Shown: positions 30,715-41,314, numbered from the stretch's first letter. The stretch is DNA of 64,000 nucleotides from Actinomycetes bacterium (GCA_965657825.1 CBFHQG010000001.1:15057-79056), one strand, 5' to 3'. The notes: generated by a model not told the origin, from the sequence alone. Made by a program: numbers and translations.

Positions 30715-32693
30715 GATCGCCTGACCTGCACGATATGGGCGCCACCGAAACGATCGAGGGGGCCATCGGGGGTGAGGCGGACGTAGTCGGCCTGACCCCA
30801 CGTCCAGCTCTGGTCGGAGATCAGGTCATGGGCGATGAACCGGTCCGACCACTCCATGCCCAGAGTCGGCATATCCCACCAGACGGTCGCCTCCTGCGGT
30901 TGGTGCGGATCGAGAGAGACCACCACCAAGATCAGGTCATCTCCGTGCTGCTTGGAATACGCGATGACCGAGTCGTTGTCGGGGTGGTGGAAACGCAGAC
31001 TGCGCAGATCCTGCAACGCCGGCTGCTGGCGTCGGATGCTGTTGAGCAGGCTCAGGTACGGGGTCAGCGTCGGATGCTGACCGGACCAATCGCGCGGCCG
31101 GTACTGGTACTTCTCGGAGTCCAGGTACTCCTCACTCCCGGGTCGAACGGCCAGGTGCTCGAAATGCTCGAACCCGCTGTAGACACCCCATGTCGGTGAA
31201 AGGGTCGCAGCGAGTGTCGCGCGGATCGCGAATGCTGCCGGTCCTCCGTACTGCAGATACTCAGGAAGGATGTCGGGGGTGTTGACGAAGAAATTCGGAC
31301 GCATGTAGGCGCTGGCTGGGCCGGCGAGTTCGCTGAGGTACTCCTCGATCTCCGTTCGGCCGTTGCGCCAGGTGAAGTAGGTATAGCTCTGCTGGAAGCC
31401 GATCTCGGCAAGGGCTCGCATCATGGGCGGACGCGTGAACGCCTCGGCCAGGAAGATCACGTCCGGATCACTGTCGTAGATCGACCCGAGCAGCCTGTCC
31501 CACACCCACAGGGGCTTGGTGTGCGGATTATCGACGCGGAAGATGCGGACGCCGCGCGACATCCACAGCCGGACGATCCGCTCGACCTCGGCGTACAGCC
31601 CCTCTGGATCGTGATCGAAGTTCAGTGGGTAGATGTCCTGGTATTTCTTCGGCGGGTTCTCCGCGTAAGCGATGCTGCCGTCGGCCCGTTGGGTGAACCA
31701 CTCGGGGTGCTCGGTCACCCACGGATGATCAGGTGATGCCTGAAGGGCCAGGTCGAGGGCGATCTGCAGATCGTGCCTGCTGGCCTCCGCCACGAAGTGG
31801 GCGAAATCCTCCTCGCTGCCCAGATCCGGATGGATCGCATCGTGCCCGCCGTCATCGGATCCGATCGCCCACGGAGATCCCGGATCCTGCGGACCTGCGG
31901 TGAGGGTGTTGTTGGGCCCCTTGCGAAAGGACCGGCCGATCGGATGGATCGGCGGGAGGTAGACGATGTCGAACCCCGCAGCGGCGATGTCGGCAAGCCG
32001 GGTTTCGGCTGTGCGCAAGGTCCCCGACAGTGGCGGATCGAGGTGCGCGCCCTCACTTCGTGGGAAGAACTCATACCAGGCTCCGACCAGCGCGCGTCTG
32101 CCCTCGACCCGAAGGGGCCACGGGCCACTCGTGGTGACCATCCGGCGCAGCGGATGAGTCTCGAGGAGGGTGAGGATGTCGGCATCCTGAGCAGCCGACC
32201 ACCGCACGTCGGCGGGTAATCCCGTGTCCCGGAGTGTGCGCGCGCAGGTTCGCAGACGTGCCCGCTGCTCGGTGCGACCTCGCGGTAATCCCTTGGCCGC
32301 CTCTTCCAGCAGCAGGGCGCCAGCATGCAATTCCAGGTCGACGTCCTGCTCAGCGGGGATCTTGATCGCGGCTCGGTGCCGCCAGGTTGCCCAGGGGTCG
32401 TCCCAGGCCTCGATGGAGAAACTCCAATCGCCCACTGCGTCTGCGCTGACCCACGTCGACCAGCGATCGACTCCTTCGCCGGTCGGCGACATGCGATGGC
32501 GTTGGGTCTCGCGACCGCGTGGATCGTGGAGGACGGCGTCCACGCCGAGGCTGTCGTGACCCTCGCGGAACACCGTGGCGGTGACGGGGATGATCTCGTC
32601 GACCACGGCCTTGGCTGGGCGTCTCCCCGACTCGACAGCCGGGGAGACGTCGACGATGGGAAAGCGCCCGATCAGGACACGGGGCACGCTCAC
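30711..32693 (-). CDS. glgE: Alpha-1,4-glucan:maltose-1-phosphate maltosyltransferase
   Basis: [13 protein letters not shown]... N-terminus, plus the GH13_3 blocks [13 protein letters not shown] and FLAEAFT. I chose the GTG start at 32693 (or 32687). The track ORF extends to 33134 and would overlap glgP. Confidence 0.9.
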   Translation of the reverse strand: MSVPRVLIGRFPIVDVSPAVESGRRPAKAVVDEIIPVTATVFREGHDSLGVDAVLHDPRGRETQRHRMSPTGEGVDRWSTWVSADAVGDWSFSIEAWDDPWATWRHRAAIKIPAEQDVDLELHAGALLLEEAAKGLPRGRTEQRARLRTCARTLRDTGLPADVRWSAAQDADILTLLETHPLRRMVTTSGPWPLRVEGRRALVGAWYEFFPRSEGAHLDPPLSGTLRTAETRLADIAAAGFDIVYLPPIHPIGRSFRKGPNNTLTAGPQDPGSPWAIGSDDGGHDAIHPDLGSEEDFAHFVAEASRHDLQIALDLALQASPDHPWVTEHPEWFTQRADGSIAYAENPPKKYQDIYPLNFDHDPEGLYAEVERIVRLWMSRGVRIFRVDNPHTKPLWVWDRLLGSIYDSDPDVIFLAEAFTRPPMMRALAEIGFQQSYTYFTWRNGRTEIEEYLSELAGPASAYMRPNFFVNTPDILPEYLQYGGPAAFAIRATLAATLSPTWGVYSGFEHFEHLAVRPGSEEYLDSEKYQYRPRDWSGQHPTLTPYLSLLNSIRRQQPALQDLRSLRFHHPDNDSVIAYSKQHGDDLILVVVSLDPHQPQEATVWWDMPTLGMEWSDRFIAHDLISDQSWTWGQADYVRLTPDGPLDRFGGAHIVQVRRS

Positions 32694-32721
32694 GACATGA
32701 AGCCTAGCCGTGTCGGGTCCG

Positions 32722-32770
32722 GCTGAAGACCTTTCAGCAACGACTGGGTTTTCAGCAAGACTTTCAGCAA
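32722..32770. promoter_or_regulatory. TTTCAGCAA x3 direct-repeat array plus inverted GCTGAA half-site, in the glgE/glgP divergent intergenic region
   Basis: Read directly. TTTCAGCAA occurs at 32732-40, 32750-58 and 32762-70. GCTGAA at 32722-27 is complementary to TTCAGC at 32733-38. The patch is locally AT-rich in a GC-rich genome. Confidence 0.5.
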
Positions 32771-32840
32771 AGTGAAGGCGACACGAGATGTTCACGCGCT
32801 CGGTGTCGAGCGATGACATGAACCCGGTAGCGTCACCGCC

Positions 32841-35450
32841 GTGAGAGCTATCCGCCGACTCAATGTCCGAACGGTCCTGCCCGACGAACTCGTCGACCTC
32901 GACGCCCTGGCGCACAATCTGCGCTGGTCCTGGCATCAACCGACCCGCGATCTGTTCGCTGCAATCGATCCGCCGCTGTGGCAGAGCGTGGCTGAGGATC
33001 CCATGCGGATGCTCGCCGAGGTCTCCGCCGAGCGGCTGGTCGAACTCGCGGCCGATCACGGTTTCGTGGAGTGGGTGCGCCACGCACGCTCGGACCTGCA
33101 GGACTATCTGACGCGGGAGCACTGGTACCAGCACCGCGAGAGTGACTCGCCGCGAGCGATTGCCTACTTCTCCCCGGAATTCGGGGTTGCGGCCGCGCTG
33201 CCTCAGTATTCAGGTGGGCTGGGCATCCTGGCCGGCGATCATCTCAAGGCCGCATCGGATATCGGCGTGCCCATCATCGGTGTCGGCCTGTTCTACCGCT
33301 CCGGTTATTTCCGTCAGGCCCTCTCACGCGATGGGTGGCAGACGGAGAACTATCCGGTTCTCGATCCTGACAGCCTCCCGGTGCGGTTGCTGCGTGACGA
33401 GTCGGGCAGTGCCGTCTACCTTCACGTCGGGATGCCGGACGGTCAGACGTTGGACTTCCAGGTGTGGGTTGCGCAGGTTGGTCGAGTACCTCTGCTCATG
33501 CTCGACTCGGATGTGGCGACCAACTCCCGCCTGGAGCGCGACGTCACCGATCGGCTCTACGGAGGCGGTCAGGAACACCGGCTGCGCCAGGAGATGCTGC
33601 TCGGTATCGGTGGGGTGCGCGCTGTCCGCCGCTACTGCGAACTCACCGGACATCCCGCACCGGAGGTGTACCACTCCAATGAGGGACATGCGGGCTTCCT
33701 GGGTCTGGAGCGCATCCGCGAGCTGATGGGAGGTCCCGATGGTCTGGGCTTCGATGAGGCACTCGAAGTGGTGCGTGCTGGCACGGTGTTCACGACGCAC
33801 ACACCGGTACCCGCGGGTATCGACCGGTTCTCCCGTGATCTGATCACGCAGTACTTCGGTGGTGATAGTGGTGGCGGTCAGGTACCCGTCGACCGCATCC
33901 TGGCCCTCGGTGCAGAGGATTACGAGGGCGGGGATCCCGGGGTTTTCAACATGGCGGTGATGGGGCTTCGGTTATCGCAGCGTGCGAATGGAGTCAGCCT
34001 CCTGCACGGTGCGGTCAGCCGCTCCATGTTCAACGGACTGTGGCCGGATTTCGACTCCGGTGATGTTCCGATCACGTCGATCACCAACGGTGTGCACGCT
34101 CCCACCTGGGTGGCGCCGGAGATCTGGAATCTTGCTGTCGAGCGCGGGGCGCAGGATCTCGCTGAGCAGCCGTACGGCTGGGAACTGCTCGGTGATCTTC
34201 CCGATGACACCCTGTGGTGGACCAAGCGGGTGCTGCGGGAACGCCTCGTGCACATGGCGCGACATCGACTCCGCCGGTCCTGGTTGCGCCGTGGAGCGAC
34301 GGAGGCCGAGCTCGGCTGGATCGACGGCGTGCTGGACCCCGACGTCCTGACGATCGGATTCGCCCGCCGGGTGCCGTCCTATAAGCGACTGACGCTCATG
34401 CTGCGAGACCCTGAGCGTCTGCGTTCGCTCCTGCTCGACCCCGAGCGTCCGATTCAGCTCATCGTGGCGGGCAAGGCGCATCCTGCTGACGAGGGGGGCA
34501 AGCGGTTGATCCAGGAGCTCGTGCGCTTCGCCGACGACCCCGAGGTCCGCCATCGCATCGTCTTCCTGCCCAACTACGAGATCGCGATGGCGACCGTGCT
34601 GTATCCGGGCTGCGATGTCTGGTTGAACAACCCCATCAGGCCTCTCGAGGCGAGTGGAACGTCAGGGATGAAAGCCGCACTCAATGGCGCTCTCAACCTC
34701 TCGATCCTCGATGGGTGGTGGGATGAATGGTTCGACGGTGAGAACGGCTGGGCCATTCCCACCGCAAACGGCGTAGAGGATCCTGATCGACGTGACGATC
34801 TGGAATCCGCCGCTCTGTACGACCTGATCGAATCCAGCGTCGCGCCCGTGTTCTACTCCCGGAGCGACGACCAGGTGCCCCACCGTTGGGTCGAGATGAT
34901 GAGGCACACCCTGGCCACCCTCGGTCCCAAGGTGCTCGCCAGTCGCATGGTGCGTGACTACGTCGAGCGGTTGTATGTCCCCGCGGCGCAGGCATCGCGT
35001 GCGGTGCTGACCGACGACATGGCACTGGGGCGCGAGCTCGCGGAGTGGAAGCGCCGGGTGCGGGATCAGTGGGCATCGGTGGCGGTCGAACACGTCGACG
35101 TGTCGATCCCGCACGCACAGCCCTCCCTGGGTGCCGAGGTTTCCCTGCGGGCGTTCGTGCATCTGGGTGGACTGTCCCCTGAAGATGTGCGCGTGCAGGT
35201 CGTCTACGGGCGCGTCGACAGCGAGGATGACATCACCGCCCCGTCGGTCGGCGATCTGCAGATGCGGGAGGCCTATGACAACGGCCGTTGGCGCTTCGAC
35301 GGTGAGATGCCGCTGGATCGCACCGGGCCGTTCGGATACACCGTTCGCATCCTGCCCCGGCACGAAGGACTGGCTTCCCTGGCTGATCTGGGGCTCATGT
35401 CGGTCCCGGCGGCAACGAAGGGCCCTGATTCCGAACCGGTGATGCGCTAG
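32841..35450 (+). CDS. glgP: Alpha-glucan phosphorylase (GT35, maltodextrin/glycogen phosphorylase)
   Basis: YSGGLGILAGDH near the N-terminus and the PLP-lysine block EASGTSGMKAALNG. 869 aa. The GTG start is uncertain. Confidence 0.9.
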   Translation: MRAIRRLNVRTVLPDELVDLDALAHNLRWSWHQPTRDLFAAIDPPLWQSVAEDPMRMLAEVSAERLVELAADHGFVEWVRHARSDLQDYLTREHWYQHRESDSPRAIAYFSPEFGVAAALPQYSGGLGILAGDHLKAASDIGVPIIGVGLFYRSGYFRQALSRDGWQTENYPVLDPDSLPVRLLRDESGSAVYLHVGMPDGQTLDFQVWVAQVGRVPLLMLDSDVATNSRLERDVTDRLYGGGQEHRLRQEMLLGIGGVRAVRRYCELTGHPAPEVYHSNEGHAGFLGLERIRELMGGPDGLGFDEALEVVRAGTVFTTHTPVPAGIDRFSRDLITQYFGGDSGGGQVPVDRILALGAEDYEGGDPGVFNMAVMGLRLSQRANGVSLLHGAVSRSMFNGLWPDFDSGDVPITSITNGVHAPTWVAPEIWNLAVERGAQDLAEQPYGWELLGDLPDDTLWWTKRVLRERLVHMARHRLRRSWLRRGATEAELGWIDGVLDPDVLTIGFARRVPSYKRLTLMLRDPERLRSLLLDPERPIQLIVAGKAHPADEGGKRLIQELVRFADDPEVRHRIVFLPNYEIAMATVLYPGCDVWLNNPIRPLEASGTSGMKAALNGALNLSILDGWWDEWFDGENGWAIPTANGVEDPDRRDDLESAALYDLIESSVAPVFYSRSDDQVPHRWVEMMRHTLATLGPKVLASRMVRDYVERLYVPAAQASRAVLTDDMALGRELAEWKRRVRDQWASVAVEHVDVSIPHAQPSLGAEVSLRAFVHLGGLSPEDVRVQVVYGRVDSEDDITAPSVGDLQMREAYDNGRWRFDGEMPLDRTGPFGYTVRILPRHEGLASLADLGLMSVPAATKGPDSEPVMR

Positions 35451-37570
35451 CCGCCGTCCTCGACCTTCAGCACGATGAGGTTGCGGGGAGCGAGCATCAC
35501 GGTGGCACCTGCCGGGTCGGTCCACGGTGCGACACCGGGCTGATCGTCGTGGGTGTCCAGCACTCGTCGATAACGGGTTCCGTAAGGCTCCCCGGGGAGC
35601 AGGAACGGATGGTGCTCGTCTCCTGAGTGGAACAGCAGGAGGAATGAAGCGTCGCGGCCGCTGTGTGGATCACCGGGGAGTGGGTGCAGTCGACCCGACA
35701 GGTACATCCCGATGGTGCGGGTTGCCGGCGAGTTCCATTCGTCGTCGGTGAAGGGGGTGCCTGACGGTGAGAGCCAGCCGAGGTCGGGTGCACCGCCCTC
35801 GGAGGTCGGGGTGCCCTGGAAGAAGAAGCGTTGCCGGAACACCCGGTGCTCGCGCCGAAGCGCGAGGACGTATCGCGTGAAGGAGACCATGTCGGCCTGC
35901 CACGGGTTCCATTCCCAGTCGTACCAACTGATGGCGTTGTCCTGGCAGTAGCCGTTGTTATTGCCCGATTGGGTGCGGCCGAACTCATCGCCCCCGAGCA
36001 GCATCGGGACCCCGGTGGACAGCGCAAGCGAGGCGATCATGTTGCGCATCTGGCGATGGCGCACCTTGAGGATCCCGGGATCCGTGGTGTCACCCTCGTG
36101 GCCGTAGTTGGCCGACCGGTTGTCATCGGTCCCGTCGCGGTTGTCCTCCAGATTCGCCTCATTGTGCTTGTGGTCGTAACTGACCAGGTCACGCATCGTG
36201 AATCCATCATGTGCGGTGATGAAGTTGATCGACGCGAAAGGGGACCGACCCTCAGAGGCGTAGAGATCGGCGGATCCGGACAATCGCCAGCCGAGTTCGG
36301 TGACCCCACTGGCCCCTCTCCAGTAGTCCCGGAGACAGTCTCGGTACTTCCCGTTCCATTCGCGCCACATCGCGGGGAACTCTCCGACCTGGTAGCCACC
36401 CGGACCCACATCCCACGGCTCTGCGATGAGCTTTACCCGGCGCAGGATCGGATCCTGTCGGATCGTGGTGATGAAGGTGCCGAGCATGTCGACATCGTGC
36501 GCTGAGCGAGCCAGCGCCGAGGCCAGGTCGAACCGGAATCCGTCGGCGTGCATCTCCAGGACCCAATAGCGCAGGGAATCCATCACCAGTTGCAGGACGT
36601 GGGGATGCGATAGGTCCAAGGTGTTGCCGCAACCGGTGTAATCCTCGTAGTACCGACCCTCACGCAGTCGGTAGTAGGCGGGATTGTCGATCCCGCGGAA
36701 GGTGAGGGTCGGACCGTTCACTCCCTCCTCGGCGGTGTGGTTGTACACCACGTCGAGGATCACCTCGAGCCCGGCAGCATGGAGAGCCTTGACCATCGAC
36801 TTGAACTCTTTGACCTGCTCACCTCGCGCACCACTGCTGCTGTAGGCCGCGTGCGGGGCGAAATACCCGAGGGTGTTGTAGCCCCAGTAGTTCGTCAGCC
36901 CACGTTCCATCAGATGGACCTCGCTGGTGAAGTGATGCACGGGCATCAGTTCGACAGCGGTGACGCCCAGGGACGTGAGGTGCTCGAGCACGGCCGGGTG
37001 GGCGATTCCCGCGTAGGTTCCTCGTAGTGCAGCCGGGACCCCCGGGTGGGTCATCGTGAGTCCGCGCACGTGTGTTTCGTAGATGACCGTGTCGGTCCAC
37101 GCGGTTGCCGGTGGGCGATCATCGCCCCAATCGAAGTCGGAGGCGACAGCGATGCTCCGCGGGACGAAGGGGGCTGAATCATCCGGTTGCAGGATCAGGT
37201 CGTCGTGGGGATCGGACCCGAAGATCGCATCATCCAACTGAACCGAGCCCGCGAGTGCGCGCGCATACGGGTCGGTGAGCAGTTTCGCGGAATTCCATCT
37301 CCGGCCCACTTCAGGATCCCATTGCCCGTGCACCCGGAAGCCGTAGCGCATGCCTGGCTCCAGGCCACGGATGCGAGCGTGGTGCACCCCGAGGGTGACC
37401 TCGCTCAAGGTCAGGGATGCCTGGGTGCCATCGTCGTCGAACACGCACAGCTCCACGCTGCTGGCGCCGGGGGCCCACAGGGCGACGTTCGCGGTGTTCG
37501 ATGTCAGCGTCACCCCGAGGGGATCCCAGTGGCCCGGGCCCACGATGGCGAGGTCCGTCACAGGCCTCAC
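35447..37570 (-). CDS. glgX: Glycogen debranching enzyme
   Basis: GH13_11 blocks DVVYNHT, DGFRFDLA, IAEPWD and FITAHDGF. Its stop overlaps the glgP stop in a shared CTAG (35447-35450). Confidence 0.93.
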   Translation of the reverse strand: MRPVTDLAIVGPGHWDPLGVTLTSNTANVALWAPGASSVELCVFDDDGTQASLTLSEVTLGVHHARIRGLEPGMRYGFRVHGQWDPEVGRRWNSAKLLTDPYARALAGSVQLDDAIFGSDPHDDLILQPDDSAPFVPRSIAVASDFDWGDDRPPATAWTDTVIYETHVRGLTMTHPGVPAALRGTYAGIAHPAVLEHLTSLGVTAVELMPVHHFTSEVHLMERGLTNYWGYNTLGYFAPHAAYSSSGARGEQVKEFKSMVKALHAAGLEVILDVVYNHTAEEGVNGPTLTFRGIDNPAYYRLREGRYYEDYTGCGNTLDLSHPHVLQLVMDSLRYWVLEMHADGFRFDLASALARSAHDVDMLGTFITTIRQDPILRRVKLIAEPWDVGPGGYQVGEFPAMWREWNGKYRDCLRDYWRGASGVTELGWRLSGSADLYASEGRSPFASINFITAHDGFTMRDLVSYDHKHNEANLEDNRDGTDDNRSANYGHEGDTTDPGILKVRHRQMRNMIASLALSTGVPMLLGGDEFGRTQSGNNNGYCQDNAISWYDWEWNPWQADMVSFTRYVLALRREHRVFRQRFFFQGTPTSEGGAPDLGWLSPSGTPFTDDEWNSPATRTIGMYLSGRLHPLPGDPHSGRDASFLLLFHSGDEHHPFLLPGEPYGTRYRRVLDTHDDQPGVAPWTDPAGATVMLAPRNLIVLKVEDGG

Positions 37571-37578
37571 GCTAGCGC

Positions 37579-38379
37579 GTGGCTAGGCTGCCGATCGTGA
37601 GTGCGACCTTTGTGAGCGTGGATGTCGATGGTGGAGTCGGGACGATCCGGATCGATCGTCCTCCGATGAACGCCCTGTCCGTGCAGGTTCAGGAGGAGAT
37701 CCGGGAGGCCGCCGATGAACTCGCGCAGCGCCGCGATGTCCGTGCGGTGATCGTGTACGGCGGGCCGAAGGTGTTCGCGGCTGGTGCCGACGTGAAGGAG
37801 ATGGCCGATTGGTCGCTGACCGACGCCATCGATCGCTCGGCCAGGCTCCAGTCGGCCTTCACCGCGGTGGAGCGGATCGGCAAGCCGACCATTGCGGCAG
37901 TGACCGGTTATGCCCTCGGTGGTGGCTGCGAGCTCGCATTGTGCTGTGACCTCAGGATCGCCGGTGACAATGCCAAACTCGGCCAGCCGGAGATCCTGCT
38001 CGGCATCATCCCGGGCGCGGGTGGCACCCAGCGCCTGCCGCGGCTCATCGGGCCGTCCCGAGCCAAGGACCTCATCTTCACCGGTCGGTTCGTCCCCGCT
38101 GATGAAGCCCTGACCATGGGTCTGGTGGATCGCGTCGTGGCGCCGGACGATGTCTACGACGAGGCGGTGGCTTTGGCAGGACAACTGGCTGCGGGAGCTC
38201 CCTACGCCCTGCGGGCGGCGAAGGAGTCGATCGATCGCGGAGGAATGGTCGACCTCGACAGCGGACTTGAGCTCGAGCGGGTTCAGTTCGCCGCTCTCTT
38301 CGGTACCGAGGATCAGTCGATCGGTATGAAGTCCTTCCTCGAGAACGGTCCGGGGCAGGCGGAGTTCACCGGTTCATGA
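37579..38379 (+). CDS. Enoyl-CoA hydratase (crotonase family)
   Basis: IDRPPMNAL...FAAGADVKEM...GYALGGGCELALCCD. GTG start. Confidence 0.88.
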   Translation: MARLPIVSATFVSVDVDGGVGTIRIDRPPMNALSVQVQEEIREAADELAQRRDVRAVIVYGGPKVFAAGADVKEMADWSLTDAIDRSARLQSAFTAVERIGKPTIAAVTGYALGGGCELALCCDLRIAGDNAKLGQPEILLGIIPGAGGTQRLPRLIGPSRAKDLIFTGRFVPADEALTMGLVDRVVAPDDVYDEAVALAGQLAAGAPYALRAAKESIDRGGMVDLDSGLELERVQFAALFGTEDQSIGMKSFLENGPGQAEFTGS

Positions 38380-39308
38380 GCGAGCAGGCCGAGGAGCTCG
38401 AGCGTGCCTGGCGTGATCCGAAGCTCGCCAACGTGCTCTATCACGACTGGGAAGCATCCACGTACGACGAGAAGTGGAGCATCTCCTATGACGACCGATG
38501 CATCGAGTACGCCCGCGATCGGTTCACCCATGTTGTGGAGCAGTCGACTGCACCGTACGCAAAGGCCATGGAGATCGGCTGCGGCACCGGCTTCTTCGCG
38601 CTCAACCTCATGCAGGCAGGGATCATCGAATCCTGTGTGCTGACCGATATCTCACCCGGCATGGTCGAGGTGGCAACCCGCAACGGACGTGAACTCGGTG
38701 TGGCGGTCGAGGGTCGTGTTGCCGATGCGGAATCGCTTCCCGCGGAGGATGGCGAGTTCGATCTCGTGCTCGGTCATGCAGTGCTGCATCACATACCCGA
38801 CGTCGAGTTGGCATTCCGTGAGATCGTCCGCGTGCTGCGCCCGGGTGGCCGCTTCGTCTTCTGCGGCGAGCCGACCGAGCGGGGGGATGTGGTCGCCCGC
38901 GCACTGTCGCGTGCCACCTGGTGGACGTCGAGTCGGGTGACCCAGTGGGGGCCGCTGCGAGAGCGCTGGGCTCGCCCGCCGGCGGAACTGGCTGAGTCCT
39001 CTCGGGCAGCGGCTTTGGAGGCGGTCGTCGACCTGCACACCTTCGATCCCGATGCTCTCGCGGCGACCGCGATGCGTGCGGGCGCCATCGATGTGCGCAC
39101 CGTCACGGAGGAACTCACCGCGTCCTGGTTCGGCTGGCCCGTGCGCACCTTCGAAGCTTCGGTGAAGCCCGGGGCACTCGGCTGGGGATGGGCCATGTTC
39201 GCCTACCGCACCTGGCAGACCCTGGCCGCGATGGATGAGCGCGTGTGGTCGCGGATCGTGCCCGATGAGTACTTCTACAACGTATGCATCACCGGGGTGC
39301 GGCCCTGA
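38376..39308 (+). CDS. Class I SAM-dependent methyltransferase
   Basis: Motif I EIGCGTGFFALNL and the post-I acidic residue. The ATG overlaps the hydratase stop (ATGA). Confidence 0.8.
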   Translation: MSEQAEELERAWRDPKLANVLYHDWEASTYDEKWSISYDDRCIEYARDRFTHVVEQSTAPYAKAMEIGCGTGFFALNLMQAGIIESCVLTDISPGMVEVATRNGRELGVAVEGRVADAESLPAEDGEFDLVLGHAVLHHIPDVELAFREIVRVLRPGGRFVFCGEPTERGDVVARALSRATWWTSSRVTQWGPLRERWARPPAELAESSRAAALEAVVDLHTFDPDALAATAMRAGAIDVRTVTEELTASWFGWPVRTFEASVKPGALGWGWAMFAYRTWQTLAAMDERVWSRIVPDEYFYNVCITGVRP

Positions 39309-40018
39309 TTCGCGCACGTGACCCTCGGCAGGCTCGGTTCCTCACCTGGGCCTCGGTGCGCTGGGTGTGGCGTAATCGGGCGTGGTCGTGGTGGTACCTG
39401 GTGCGCTACTGGCGGTTCCTTTGGATGCGAGTGCGCTCGCCGCACATCGTCACCGAGGGTTTCGTCTTCCTGGGGAAGCGTGTCGAGGTTCATGCGCGGC
39501 GCGGATACGGGCGCCTCATCCTCGGTCGATGGGTACATATCGGGGACGAGAATCGGCTGCGTTGCCACGAGGGCACTATGCGAATCGGAGATAAGTGCGT
39601 CTTCGGGCGTGACAACACCATCAACGGATACCTCGATATCGAGTTCGGCGAGGGCACCATCGTTGCGGACTGGGTCTACATCTGCGACTTCGATCACGTC
39701 ACCGATGACATCACCGTGCCGATCAAGGACCAGGGGATCGTGAAGTCGCCGGTGCACATCGGCCCGGATGTGTGGATCGGCGCGAAGGTGACGGTGCTGC
39801 GCGGCACGACCATCGGTCGGGGCAGTGTTCTTGCGGCGCATGCGGTGGTGAGGGGCGCGGTCGAGGACTACTCGATCATGGCGGGGGTGCCGGCGATACG
39901 CATCAAGGATCGTCGCGAGGTGCACGACGACCTCGCACAGCGCAGAGTCGATGTCGCCGACATCGCACGCAAGACGGAGCGGGCGGTATGGGAGGCGATC
40001 ACGCCCGAGGAGCAGTGA
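39284..40018 (+). CDS. Left-handed beta-helix (hexapeptide-repeat) acyl/acetyltransferase
   Basis: Hexapeptide repeats, e.g. IGPDVWIGAKVTVLRGTTIGRGSVLAAHAVV. The W/R-rich N-terminal segment is probably membrane-associated. The start is uncertain. Confidence 0.75.
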   Translation: MHHRGAALIRARDPRQARFLTWASVRWVWRNRAWSWWYLVRYWRFLWMRVRSPHIVTEGFVFLGKRVEVHARRGYGRLILGRWVHIGDENRLRCHEGTMRIGDKCVFGRDNTINGYLDIEFGEGTIVADWVYICDFDHVTDDITVPIKDQGIVKSPVHIGPDVWIGAKVTVLRGTTIGRGSVLAAHAVVRGAVEDYSIMAGVPAIRIKDRREVHDDLAQRRVDVADIARKTERAVWEAITPEEQ

Positions 40019-40035
40019 CCCCGAGGAGCAGTGAC
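40004..40035. repeat. 16-bp tandem duplication CCCGAGGAGCAGTGAC x2, spanning the acetyltransferase stop codon
   Basis: Read directly: units at 40004-40019 and 40020-40035. The TGA at 40016-40018 lies in unit 1. Confidence 0.95.
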
Positions 40036-40039
40036 GGCA

Positions 40040-41314
40040 TCACGCCGACGGGTTCTCCAGCAGATTCCCTGCCAGGTCGTCGGTGACGACGGAGTGGCGA
40101 GGGGTGCGTCGGGACGACGCCTGCCGGTAGAACTCGATGGTCGCTGCGGCCAGCCCGGGCCACGCATGCTGCTCCCTGAGTCTCCGACGAGCGCGGCGAA
40201 TGCGAGCCGATGCGCTCGCCGGGTCGGCCAGGATCGAGTGGACTGCCTCAGCGAGTTGCGCGACATCACCCGGTGCGAACGTGACCGCGTTACGGTCCTG
40301 CCCGGCGAACTCCGCGAGGCCACCGGTTCGCGCTACTGCGAGGGGAGCACCCAGTGCTGCGGCCTCCAGTGCGACGAGTCCGAACGGCTCGTAGATGCTC
40401 GGAACCACGACAGCATCCGCGGAGGACATCAGATGGTGCAAATCTGGTTCGGGCAGCCAGCCGGTGAACTCCACGCGTGAGGCGACGCGGCGATCACGGG
40501 CCTGTTGACGAAGCGAGTCGAGCCTGCTCCCATCCCCGGCCACGACGACGTGTACCCCCGGGGCCTTTCGGCGCAGCCGAGGAACGGCGTCGATGAGCGT
40601 GTGCACCCCCTTCTCCCACTCCAGGCGACCGCAGAAGACGAGGAGCGGTCTGTTGGTCCCCGTGCGATGGGGCGCAGCACCACCGGGGCGTGACCAACGA
40701 CGGGTGTCGATGCCGTTGGGGATCACCGTGACGGCGTCCGTCGGGATATCGAACAGACGGGAGACCTCTGTCTCCATGTGAGTGGAGCAGGTGATCACGC
40801 CGCTCGCGGACCCGACGAGCCAGGATTCGATGCGGTGAATGGATCGGGACAGTTCCGTGGGCAGCCACCCTTGATGCCGACCAGCCTCGGTTGCGTGCAT
40901 CGTGGCGATGACCGGGGTGGTGTCGAGGGCCTGCAGGTCCATCGCGGTGTGTGCGACGAGCCAGTCGTGTGCGTGCAGGACATCCGGTCGGATGTCACGC
41001 CAGGCCTGGAGACCGAGTCGGGTGAGCCGATGGTCGAGGTTGAGTACCCAGGCGAGGAGGTGCTCGGTATCGAATGGCAGGTCTGGCGGGGCCGGATCTG
41101 CACGGAGTACCCGAACACCGTTGATCATCTGGGATCGTGGGGCACCCTCAGCATGGTCGGTGACGACGGTGACCTCGTGGCCGAGGGCAGCCTGAGCTTC
41201 AGCCAGCGCGTGAACATGTCGTCCGAGTCCTCCGTAGACGACCGGTGGGTACTCCCAGGACAGATGGCATACCCGCACGGGCAGCGAGCATACGCGCGTG
41301 CGTGCGCGGTTCAT
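40040..41314 (-). CDS. GT4-family alpha-glucosyltransferase (Rv3032/GlgA-like)
   Basis: SWEYPPVVYGGLGRHV N-terminus and the EPFGLVALEAAALGAP (E-x7-E) motif. The start is ATG 41314 or GTG 41275. Confidence 0.85.
   Translation of the reverse strand: MNRARTRVCSLPVRVCHLSWEYPPVVYGGLGRHVHALAEAQAALGHEVTVVTDHAEGAPRSQMINGVRVLRADPAPPDLPFDTEHLLAWVLNLDHRLTRLGLQAWRDIRPDVLHAHDWLVAHTAMDLQALDTTPVIATMHATEAGRHQGWLPTELSRSIHRIESWLVGSASGVITCSTHMETEVSRLFDIPTDAVTVIPNGIDTRRWSRPGGAAPHRTGTNRPLLVFCGRLEWEKGVHTLIDAVPRLRRKAPGVHVVVAGDGSRLDSLRQQARDRRVASRVEFTGWLPEPDLHHLMSSADAVVVPSIYEPFGLVALEAAALGAPLAVARTGGLAEFAGQDRNAVTFAPGDVAQLAEAVHSILADPASASARIRRARRRLREQHAWPGLAAATIEFYRQASSRRTPRHSVVTDDLAGNLLENPSA

Noticed and set aside
32694-33134. 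Upstream extension of the glgE ORF to an ATG at 33134.
   Set aside because: It would overlap the first ~100 codons of glgP on the other strand, and it adds ~147 residues with no GlgE similarity. The conserved GlgE N-terminus (IGRFPIVDV) starts just after GTG 32693.
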